Source: Akkermansiaceae bacterium (GTDB taxonomy: Bacteria; Verrucomicrobiota; Verrucomicrobiia; Verrucomicrobiales; DEV007). Taken from it: 64,000 nt of DNA. The stretch covers positions 219,434-283,433 of the forward strand of contig JACKQE010000003.1 in NCBI GenBank assembly GCA_024233005.1, in the 5' to 3' direction. Positions 11,314 through 19,407 of this stretch are shown here, piece after piece (the stretch's first letter is position 1; every line of letters begins with the position of its first letter). Under the pieces are notes generated by a model. That model was given only the letters and a program-made list of their open reading frames with translations. It made no database searches and was not told the DNA's origin. A program made the position numbers and the translations under genes.

Positions 11314-12306
11314 ATGGCCTCGACTTCCCCTCGCCCCAAACGCCTCGCCTTCATCGGCGCCGGTGACATTTCCCTGCTCCATGCCGAAGCCATAGCCACC
11401 TGCCCCGGAGCCGACCTGGCGGGCCTCTGGTCCATCGATCCTTCCCTGAATGCCGATAAGTCCGCGCTTTTCGGCTGCCCGGTTTATGATTCGGCCGAAG
11501 CCTTGGTGGCGGACCCTTCGATCGACGCCGTCTTCATCCTGACCAATCTGGAAACCCACGCGCACTATGCCACACTGGCGATGAACGCCGGAAAATCGGT
11601 CCTCATCGAAAAGCCGGTCGCTCCCAGCACCGTGGAACTGGAGTCGCTTGCCGCCTGCGCGGAACGCAATGGCGTGGTGCTCTGCCCGGGGCACAACTAC
11701 ATCCACGAGCCTTCCCTCCAGCGCACCAAGGAACTGCTTGATTCGGGTCGCCTCGGGAAACTGGTCGCCATTTACATTCACTACCACATCCACCACCCGG
11801 AGCACGTTGCCAGCCGGTATCCCGGCGTGATCCGCCACATTCTGACCCACCATGGTTACATCCTCGGTTACCTTGCCGGCGAGGCCCATGCCCCCGTGGA
11901 AGTCTCCGCCATGAAGTCCGTGGTTCATTACGACACCTTCGAGGAAGAGGATCTGGCCATGGTCAATCTAAGGCTCGCCTCGGGAGCCCTCGCCCATTTC
12001 TGCGCCGACTTCGCGGCGGACGACCATTCAGCGGATCCCTGGACCTTTGTCGTCAAAGTCATCGGCACCGATGGAGCCACTCGTTTCAGCTACCGGGACT
12101 GGGTGGAGAACAAGCCCGGCGTGGTCCATTCCCACACGTTCTCCGCCTATGGCTGGCACATTCGTGAGGAGGTGCGCCATTTCGTGGAGGAATGCCTCGG
12201 CAAAGGCGCCGCCCCGTTGTCGACCATCCAGGACGCGATCACCGCCCAACGCATCATCGAAGCCTGCGAAACCTCGGTGAAAACCGGACGGGTGACGCCT
12301 CTCTGA
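11314..12306 (+). CDS. Gfo/Idh/MocA family NAD(P)-dependent oxidoreductase
   Basis: N-terminal Rossmann motif RLAFIGAGDIS, EKP motif (VLIEKPVA), about 330 aa. No signal peptide is evident. Confidence 0.75.
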   Translation: MASTSPRPKRLAFIGAGDISLLHAEAIATCPGADLAGLWSIDPSLNADKSALFGCPVYDSAEALVADPSIDAVFILTNLETHAHYATLAMNAGKSVLIEKPVAPSTVELESLAACAERNGVVLCPGHNYIHEPSLQRTKELLDSGRLGKLVAIYIHYHIHHPEHVASRYPGVIRHILTHHGYILGYLAGEAHAPVEVSAMKSVVHYDTFEEEDLAMVNLRLASGALAHFCADFAADDHSADPWTFVVKVIGTDGATRFSYRDWVENKPGVVHSHTFSAYGWHIREEVRHFVEECLGKGAAPLSTIQDAITAQRIIEACETSVKTGRVTPL

Positions 12307-12327
12307 GTCGTGGGAGGGCGCAGTGCA

Positions 12328-13506
12328 TCAGGGGGCGCTCCCTGGACCGGCCCACTGCGAGACTCGGACATGGTCAATTTCAAACACCTGGGGGAACGCA
12401 CTGTCGGGCAGATGGGATGAGTCCTGACCCGTTCCAGCAAAGAAGCCTCCGTCGGCGGCGAGATTGATGATCAAGTGAAAAGGTTGATCAAAAGGCGCCC
12501 TCGGATTGTCGGGAGCCTTTGCGCTGTCCCATGATTCCTTGGGCTGGGTCTGCCAAACCTTGCCGTCGATCTCCCACTGAATCTCGTCCTCCTTCCAGAT
12601 CACCGCATAAGTATGGAAATCTTCCGCGGCATTTTTGCCTGGGAATGGGTAGGCTTCTCCCTTGTGGCGGTTGTTGGGCCATTGCCCGCCGAAATGAAGG
12701 GTGCCCAACGTCTCCCCGACCTGGTTGCCCCGCGATTCGAGGATGTCGATCTCTCCCGAGGAAGCCCAGCCACCATATCGGTTTTCACTGGATAGCATCC
12801 AGACCGCGGGCCAGATGCCCTCGCCACCGGGCACTTTGGCCCGCACCTCGATGCGCCCATACTGCCAGTCTCCCCGCTCCAGAGTCCTGATGCGGGCCGA
12901 GGTATAGGGCTGGGTTTTGCCATCGGAGGTGGTGTGGGCCTCCCGGTGGAGGGAGATTTTGAGAGTGCCATTGGACACCTGGCAGAATTTGGGATCGGTG
13001 GAGTAATATTGGCGTTCATTGTTGCCACCGCCGTAGCCGTTCTCCTCTTTTGACCATTTGGCGGGATCCAATCGCACGCCATCGAACTCGTCGGCCCAGA
13101 CCTGCACCCATTGGTCCCGCAGCAAACGGATCCGGTATTCCGCTTTCACAGCGTCGCTGGGTGCTGACGACGCCGAATCGAGGAGGGTCACCGGGGCTCC
13201 GGTGCCTTTGACCGGCATCCCCACTGGGATCCACGGCCCGGCGGAGTCACGGCGTTCCACCTGATAGAATTCCCCCTCCTTTGCCGGGAAATGAATTGTC
13301 GGCGTCGCCCTGACCTGGGGTGTGATCACTTCCTCTCCGAAAGCCTCCCTCACATGGCCCGCAAGGATCGCCAGCAGCACCTGCCCGACAACGCAAGAAA
13401 AAGGTACCAAGGCGGAAAGGCGAACAAAAAAGGATCTCCTTTTTATCAATCGGTCTCGGCCCGGACGGGACAGCGGGAGGGAATTTATACAGGGGTTGGC
13501 AGCCAT
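12328..13506 (-). CDS. Glycoside hydrolase family 16 (beta-glucanase/laminarinase-like), secreted
   Basis: WADEFDG...LDPAKWS, YTSARIRT, GRIEVRAKVP.GEGIWPAVWML and the catalytic-type SGEIDILES (ExDxxE) motif. Start chosen at ATG 13506, upstream of the hydrophobic segment LSALVPFSCVVGQVLLAILAG; the start is uncertain (ORF is open to 13629). Confidence 0.75.
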   Translation of the reverse strand: MAANPCINSLPLSRPGRDRLIKRRSFFVRLSALVPFSCVVGQVLLAILAGHVREAFGEEVITPQVRATPTIHFPAKEGEFYQVERRDSAGPWIPVGMPVKGTGAPVTLLDSASSAPSDAVKAEYRIRLLRDQWVQVWADEFDGVRLDPAKWSKEENGYGGGNNERQYYSTDPKFCQVSNGTLKISLHREAHTTSDGKTQPYTSARIRTLERGDWQYGRIEVRAKVPGGEGIWPAVWMLSSENRYGGWASSGEIDILESRGNQVGETLGTLHFGGQWPNNRHKGEAYPFPGKNAAEDFHTYAVIWKEDEIQWEIDGKVWQTQPKESWDSAKAPDNPRAPFDQPFHLIINLAADGGFFAGTGQDSSHLPDSAFPQVFEIDHVRVSQWAGPGSAP

Positions 13507-13754
13507 GTGGCAGTGTAGCAAATCCCACCGGGTTGTCCTGCGCTTGTTTCGCTGTCTCACCTTCTGGTCACTCCCCTCAGATCTGCCCTTTTCGGACAAA
13601 CAAGGAACCGCATGGGGCCATTCATCCAATTTTTTTTTGATTCTTTTTTATCTATTGGTCAATAAAGTAGTTGCATCTAAAGACATAAAACTGCTAGCCT
13701 GAACCAGCGGAATCATTCCGTGGCCCCACTCCGATTCCAAAAAAGTTCAATCCT

Positions 13755-14012
13755 ATGAAAAAGACTATCCTGCTTCTCTGCGTGTCCTGCTTATTGGCTC
13801 TTCCGGTTCAGGCTGAAGGTCCCATGCAGAATGCCAAGATCGCCGCGCAAACTGCCCTCGAAAAGCTTCAGGACAAAGCCACCACCGACAAGGGTGGTCA
13901 TCGTGCCGCAGCCATCAAGCACCTCAAGGCGGCCATCGCGGAAATTGATGCCGGCATTGAGTTCGACAAGGCGAACGTCACCAAGGGCGAAGGGAAAAAG
14001 AAAAAGAACTGA
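13755..14012 (+). CDS. Small secreted helical protein with Lys-rich tail (hypothetical)
   Basis: 85 aa with a clear signal peptide (MKKTILLLCVSCLLALPVQAEG), an amphipathic helical body and a KGEGKKKKN tail. It sits in an AT-richer stretch. No family recognised. Confidence 0.5.
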   Translation: MKKTILLLCVSCLLALPVQAEGPMQNAKIAAQTALEKLQDKATTDKGGHRAAAIKHLKAAIAEIDAGIEFDKANVTKGEGKKKKN

Positions 14013-14135
14013 GTGGTTGTCGCAGGTGACACCCGCTTCTCAGTGAGTTCAGTTTCCAGGAGACTGAGTCGCCGGGCGACCATGTTGATGCTTGCGTCGC
14101 CCTCTCCGTCTACTACAGAGAGGGAATCTTCTGAA

Positions 14136-14343
14136 TTACCAGCGATACTGGATCGCTTTCGGTGCTCGTTGCATCCCGCAGACCAGGCTTAGCTTGCAAG
14201 ACAGCCAGATCTGCGTGCACTCGTCGGCGACTTTTTCATGGCCGCGCAATTTGAATTCCCGAGAGCCCGGCACATTCCTGGAGACTGCTAAAGACCGGCT
14301 CGACTGAGTCGATCAGACGCTTAGGATTTACGGCAGGGAGATG
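14136..14343 (-). pseudogene. Frameshifted C-terminal remnant of an IS1182/IS5-like DDE transposase
   Basis: My minus-strand translation gives ...KRLIDSVEPVFSSLQECAGLS, then a 1-nt frame change, then REFKLRGHEKVADECTQIWLSCKLSLV...*. This mirrors the conserved transposase tail VEPVFG.IK...GFR.F.LRG.EKV..E..L....NL..L. It is preceded by an in-frame stop at 14344..14346, so only about 65 codons survive. Confidence 0.5.
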
Positions 14344-14428
14344 TCAGACCCCAAATGCAAGACCTCCGCCACCCGTCACTGGGTGAAAACCGTCCTCGTC
14401 ACCCGTGTGGAATTCGGGACGGGCCGCT

Positions 14429-14881
14429 TCAGCCCTTCTTGTATCCCTTGGTCCTAAATTGCTTGTGAGCAGGGATTTTTCTCTTTCCCAACTCTGACAT
14501 CAGACCCCGCGCCTTATCCCAATCAGAGGCTTCCAGCGCGACCACCAAGGCGTCAATCTTCGTGTTGAAGTCATCCATCTCCGTTCGAAACGCCTTCAGG
14601 AAAGCCTCCTGCTCCCCCTTGGGCAGGGTTTTGACCATCTTCGGATCCAGATCCCTGATTTTGATCGATGCCTCCTTGATGATCCCGGCCTGCTTCTTAA
14701 ACTTTTCCTTGTCAGACGGCTTGGGATCCTTCAGTCCCTCATTCAGGTTTTTGAAAGCCTCTTCCAAATGCTCCCACCCCCTTTCCATGGGAGTATCCGC
14801 ATGAAGGAGGGGAGCTTTTCCCGCCAGGCATAGGGCGGCAAGCAGAATGAACCGGGAAAGAGAAAGTCGGAAGTGTTTCAT
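14429..14881 (-). CDS. Secreted cytochrome b562-like four-helix protein
   Basis: Signal peptide, then DTPMERGWEHLEEAFKNL... and ...FRTEMDDFNTKIDALVVALEASDWDKARGLMSELGKRKIPAHKQFR. These line up with E. coli cytochrome b562 (ADLEDNMETLNDNL... [46 protein letters not shown]), including the axial Met near the N-terminus and the His near the C-terminus. Confidence 0.55.
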   Translation of the reverse strand: MKHFRLSLSRFILLAALCLAGKAPLLHADTPMERGWEHLEEAFKNLNEGLKDPKPSDKEKFKKQAGIIKEASIKIRDLDPKMVKTLPKGEQEAFLKAFRTEMDDFNTKIDALVVALEASDWDKARGLMSELGKRKIPAHKQFRTKGYKKG

Positions 14882-15255
14882 GGTGCTCTATTTTGAATCT
14901 CCGACTTCCGAAGTCAAGTCTTCCCCATCTCGATCAACGCGTCCAGCTTGTGGAGCGCTCCCGGCGTCTGAAAGGCGTTGAGGAAGGGCGTGGTGAACCG
15001 GTTGGAATTCGCGCGCCTATTCGTGATGACGCGGACCATCCCCTGCTGGGTCACTGCGCCGACAATTCCCTCTGTGAATCCATTCCCTCGAATAGGACAC
15101 TGGGCAATTTGAGTCCGCACCCTGTGGTGGTTTAGTTGGTGCACTAGGGTTATCCAGCGACTACTGAAGCGTAAGACACCCGCATGCGCCCCCCCTCGGG
15201 GAGGCGCATCTGCGTCTGGAAAAGAGCCCCATTTGAGGCGATGCTGTGGGGCTCG

Positions 15256-17793
15256 ATGAAACGGATCCCCCCTCACCCTTTTGGCAGCATTTTTGTGGTT
15301 CAGGCTCTGGCAGTCCTCGGGGCCGGCACCGGATGGACACAGGAAACCGACTTCAATCGGGACATCCGTCCCATTCTTGCGGAGAACTGCTTTTACTGCC
15401 ACGGGCAGGATGGGAACAAGCGCAAAGCGGAACTCCGCCTCGACGTGCGGGAGGAAGCGATGAAAAAAGGGGCGATCGCCCCGGGAGACCTTGCCGCCAG
15501 CGGTTTGGTGGAAAGGATCCGGTCCGGCGATCCCAAGGAAATGATGCCTCCCCCCGATTCAAACCGCCGCCTCACCGCCGCTCAAAAAGAGCTGCTGACG
15601 CGCTGGATTGGAGCCGGAGCGAAGTACGCGGAGCACTGGGCGTTTGTCGCCCCCGTCCGACCGGTCGAACCCGGCGTGCGCGACCAGGCATGGCCCCGCA
15701 ACGCGATCGACCGCTTTGTCCTCGCCAAACTCGAGGCCGCTGGTATCACTCCCTCACCGGAGGCGGACCGAGCCACCCTGATCAAGCGCCTGTCCATCGA
15801 CCTCATCGGCCTGCCCCCTCAACCCTCAGAAATTGAAGCGTTCCTCAAGGACCAGGATCCCCGGGCCTATGAGAACCTGGTCGATCGCCTCCTCAACAGC
15901 CGCCACTATGGTGAACGCATGGCCCTGCCCTGGTTGGATGCGGCACGCTACGCCGACAGCAACGGCTTCCAGCAGGATGGCGACACCTGGCAGTGGCTCT
16001 GGCGCGACTGGGTCGTCCGGTCCATGAATGCGGACTTGCCGTTCGACCAGTTCACCCTCTGGCAACTCGCGGGCGATCTGTTGCCGGAGGCGACCACGGA
16101 TCAGAAAATCGCCAGCGGCTTCAACCGGAACCATTTGCTCAATGGCGAGGGGGGTGCCATTCCCGAAGAGCAGCGTTTCGTCAACCTTTTCGACCGCATC
16201 GACACCACCGCGACGACCTGGCTGGGGCTGACGATGGCCTGCGCCCAGTGCCATGATCACAAATACGATCCCATCACCCAGCGTGATTATTACAGCCTGC
16301 TTGACGCGTTCAACCGGGTGCCGGAATCCGGGACTCCGCAGCGCCAATCGGCTCGCATCCGGGTGGCCGCGCCTTTCCTGGAGCTGCCCACAGAGGAGAA
16401 TACGGCCCGGATCAGCGAGATGGAATCGAGAATCCGGGACACCGAAGCCAAGGCCAAGCCAGACATCGAAGCCGCCTTTGCCGAATGGCGGACGACAGTC
16501 CACCGCGGCACCAAAGACCTGCCAGAAAACCTGGTCTCGCTGCTGGGCAAAGCCGAGTCCGAACGCGGACCCGCCGGGGAGAAGGCGCTCGAGACCGGTC
16601 TGAGGAAGCATTTTGACGACAAGGTGCGTCCGGAACTGGGAAAGAAGATTCCGGCCGTGCAACAGATTGCGCAGCTGAAGAAAGATCTGGCGGACTACCG
16701 GGGCGACCAGATTCCCCGGCCCATGGTGATGAGCGATGATCGTCCACGGGAAACCAGCATTCTGGACCGCGGACAGTATCTCAGTCCACTGCAGCCGGTT
16801 GCGTTCGCCACCCCGGCCTTTCTGCCTCCGCTTCCCAAGGACGCCCCGCAGAACCGGCTTGGGCTGGCGCGGTGGCTGGTATCCCCCAGCCATCCGTTGA
16901 CCGCCAGAGTTCAGGTCAACCGAATGTGGCAGCACTTCTTCGGCCTCGGCATCGTCAAAACGTCGGAGGATTTCGGCGTGCAGGGCGAGTATCCGGTCCA
17001 CATGGCGCTGCTGGACTGGCTGGCGGTGGAGTTCCGCGAACACGGGTGGAGCCAGAAGCACCTCCACCGACTCATCGTCACCAGCTCCACCTACCGCCAA
17101 TCGAGCCGGGTAACGCCGCAGTTAAGGGAACTCGACCGCGAAAACCGCCTCTATGCCAGAGCGGGCCGTTTCCGAATGCCGTCCCTGATCCTGCGCGATT
17201 GGGCGCTGGGATCTTCCGGACTGCTGGTGCCAGAGATCGGGGGTCCCCCGGTTTACCCCTACCAACCGGATAATGTCTGGGAAGCGCTCGCCATCACCAA
17301 GGAACGCGATTTCACCTACCCGGCATCCACCGGAGCGGATCTCTACCGCCGCAGTCTCTACACCTTCTGGCGACGCACGGTCGGTCCAACCAACATGTTC
17401 GACGCTTCGGACCGCCAATCCTGCCGCGTCCGGCAGGGCAGCACCAGCACTCCCCTGCACGCGTTGACCACCTTGAATGATCCCACCTGGGTCGAAGCGG
17501 CCCGCGTCCTCGCGGAGCGATGCAGCAAAACCTCCGGCTCGACCGACGACCGGCTCGCCGAGGCCTTTGGTCGCGTGCTCTGCCGAAAGCCGGGCCCAAG
17601 CGAGCGGGACCGGTTGCGGCAGGCCCACGCCCGCCAGGCAGCCATTTACCGGAAGGATCCGGAAGCGGCCAAAGCACTGCTGGGAGTGGGGGCGAGCCCC
17701 CGTGACGCTTCCCTGGACCCCATTGAACAAGCCGCTTTCACCGCCGTCTGCCTCGGCATTTTCAATCTCGACGAAGCCCTCACCCGCGAATGA
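15256..17793 (+). CDS. PSCyt1/DUF1549/DUF1553 family secreted protein
   Basis: Start set at ATG 15256 ([24 protein letters not shown], signal-like). CFYCH at 15388..15402, [14 protein letters not shown]1549-like [19 protein letters not shown], and the DUF1553 tail. Confidence 0.8.
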   Translation: MKRIPPHPFGSIFVVQALAVLGAGTGWTQETDFNRDIRPILAENCFYCHGQDGNKRKAELRLDVREEAMKKGAIAPGDLAASGLVERIRSGDPKEMMPPPDSNRRLTAAQKELLTRWIGAGAKYAEHWAFVAPVRPVEPGVRDQAWPRNAIDRFVLAKLEAAGITPSPEADRATLIKRLSIDLIGLPPQPSEIEAFLKDQDPRAYENLVDRLLNSRHYGERMALPWLDAARYADSNGFQQDGDTWQWLWRDWVVRSMNADLPFDQFTLWQLAGDLLPEATTDQKIASGFNRNHLLNGEGGAIPEEQRFVNLFDRIDTTATTWLGLTMACAQCHDHKYDPITQRDYYSLLDAFNRVPESGTPQRQSARIRVAAPFLELPTEENTARISEMESRIRDTEAKAKPDIEAAFAEWRTTVHRGTKDLPENLVSLLGKAESERGPAGEKALETGLRKHFDDKVRPELGKKIPAVQQIAQLKKDLADYRGDQIPRPMVMSDDRPRETSILDRGQYLSPLQPVAFATPAFLPPLPKDAPQNRLGLARWLVSPSHPLTARVQVNRMWQHFFGLGIVKTSEDFGVQGEYPVHMALLDWLAVEFREHGWSQKHLHRLIVTSSTYRQSSRVTPQLRELDRENRLYARAGRFRMPSLILRDWALGSSGLLVPEIGGPPVYPYQPDNVWEALAITKERDFTYPASTGADLYRRSLYTFWRRTVGPTNMFDASDRQSCRVRQGSTSTPLHALTTLNDPTWVEAARVLAERCSKTSGSTDDRLAEAFGRVLCRKPGPSERDRLRQAHARQAAIYRKDPEAAKALLGVGASPRDASLDPIEQAAFTAVCLGIFNLDEALTRE

Positions 17794-19238
17794 ACTTTCC
17801 CGAAATCCTCCGTCACAACGCCGCCCTGGTCACCCGCCGACAACTGTTCGGCCGCACCGCCGGTGGTGTCGGCATGGCCGCATTGGCATCGCTGCTGCAG
17901 CAGGAGGGGGCCGTGGCCGCCCCAACTGGCACCACGGGACCACACCACCGGCCCAAGGCCAAGCGGGTGGTGATGCTCTGGCAGGGAGGAGCCCCCTCGC
18001 ACGTTGATCTCTTCGACTCCAAACCGATGCTGCAGAAAATGGCAGGAAAGGACATTCCGGATTCCGTGCGCGGCACGACCCGTCTGTCCACCATGTCGGC
18101 CAGCTACAAAAAGTGGCCCTGTGTGCCAGCGATCAAACCCTTCAAACCTTACGGGAGCGCCGGCACGATGATGAGCGAAATGCTGCCCAACATTGGAGCG
18201 TTGTCCGATGACCTCTGCCTGGTCCGCAGCATGCACACCGAGGCGGTGAACCATGCTCCCGGGGTGACCTTTTTCATGACCGGCGCCCAGGTTCCCGGGC
18301 GACCGAGCATGGGCGCCTGGCTCTCCTATGGTCTGGGCAGCGAGAGTGACAATCTGCCGGCATTCGTCGTGATGACCTCGAGCGACAAGGGGAGAACCTG
18401 CGGTCAGCTCTTTTTTGACTATTACTGGGGCAGCGGGTTTCTGCCCAGCCGCTACCAGGGCGTCCGCTTCCGCAACACCGGAGAGCCCGTTCCCTACCTG
18501 TCGAATCCTCCCGGGATCAGCCCAGCAGGACGGCGAGCCCTGCTTGATGACATCGCGGCGATGAATGCGGCACACCTGGCCGACTATGGGGATCCTGAAA
18601 TCGACACCCGGATCACCCAGTATGAGATGGCCTTCCGGATGCAGACCAGCGTGCCCGACTTGGTGGATTTTGCCGGGGAATCCCCGAAAACGATCGAGCG
18701 CTATGGACCGGACGCGTTGACCAAAGGAAGTTTCGCCAACAACTGCCTGGTAGCCCGACGGTTGCTGGAACGCGGAGTGCGTTTCGTGCAGTTGATGCAC
18801 TCGGGCTGGGACCAACACAGCAATCTGTTCACTCAGTTGGAAGTGCAATGCCGTGACACCGACGCCCCGGCCGCCGCCCTGGTGCAGGACCTGAAAGAGA
18901 GAGGTCTGCTCGAAGACACCCTGGTCGTCTGGGGTTGCGAATTTGGAAGGACTCCGTTCGGTCAGGGTGACCCGGCGAGTCCCAAAGGGCGTGACCATTT
19001 TGGCCGGGCTTACAGTTGGTGGCTGGCCGGTGGAGGCATCGCTCCCGGCACCGTCCATGGCGCCACTGACGACTTCGGTTGGAACATCACCGAAAACCCG
19101 GTCCATGTCCACGACATGCAGGCAACCATCCTGCATCTCTGCGGCATGGACCACGAACGCCTCACCTTCCGCTATCAAGGACGCCAGTACCGTCTCACCG
19201 ACGTTCATGGGGAGGTCGTGCGCGGCATTCTTTCCTGA
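17790..19238 (+). CDS. DUF1501 domain protein
   Basis: ATGA overlap with the upstream gene. Tat-like TRRQLFGRTAGGVGMAAL, LWQGGAPSHVDLFDSKP, GRDHFGRAYSWWLAGGGIAPG...TDDFG...VHDMQATILHLCGMD. Confidence 0.8.
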   Translation: MNFPEILRHNAALVTRRQLFGRTAGGVGMAALASLLQQEGAVAAPTGTTGPHHRPKAKRVVMLWQGGAPSHVDLFDSKPMLQKMAGKDIPDSVRGTTRLSTMSASYKKWPCVPAIKPFKPYGSAGTMMSEMLPNIGALSDDLCLVRSMHTEAVNHAPGVTFFMTGAQVPGRPSMGAWLSYGLGSESDNLPAFVVMTSSDKGRTCGQLFFDYYWGSGFLPSRYQGVRFRNTGEPVPYLSNPPGISPAGRRALLDDIAAMNAAHLADYGDPEIDTRITQYEMAFRMQTSVPDLVDFAGESPKTIERYGPDALTKGSFANNCLVARRLLERGVRFVQLMHSGWDQHSNLFTQLEVQCRDTDAPAAALVQDLKERGLLEDTLVVWGCEFGRTPFGQGDPASPKGRDHFGRAYSWWLAGGGIAPGTVHGATDDFGWNITENPVHVHDMQATILHLCGMDHERLTFRYQGRQYRLTDVHGEVVRGILS

Positions 19239-19407
19239 GATTGCCGCTTTTTCCGGGAACTTGGGATGTCCTCCGGTCAGCGGAACCTGGCGCCCACAGG
19301 GAGGAATCCGCCCGCCGATTGCGGTCCGGAACTAAACTCCAAGAACTACTTCCCTCGCAGTTACGCCATTGCCAATGGGACCCCCGATCCTATACATTCC
19401 CCGCCTC

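Noticed and set aside
14092-14307. 71-aa plus-strand ORF in the AT-richer scar.
   Set aside because: It is antisense to the much more convincing transposase-tail remnant (14136..14343, minus) and has no recognisable features.
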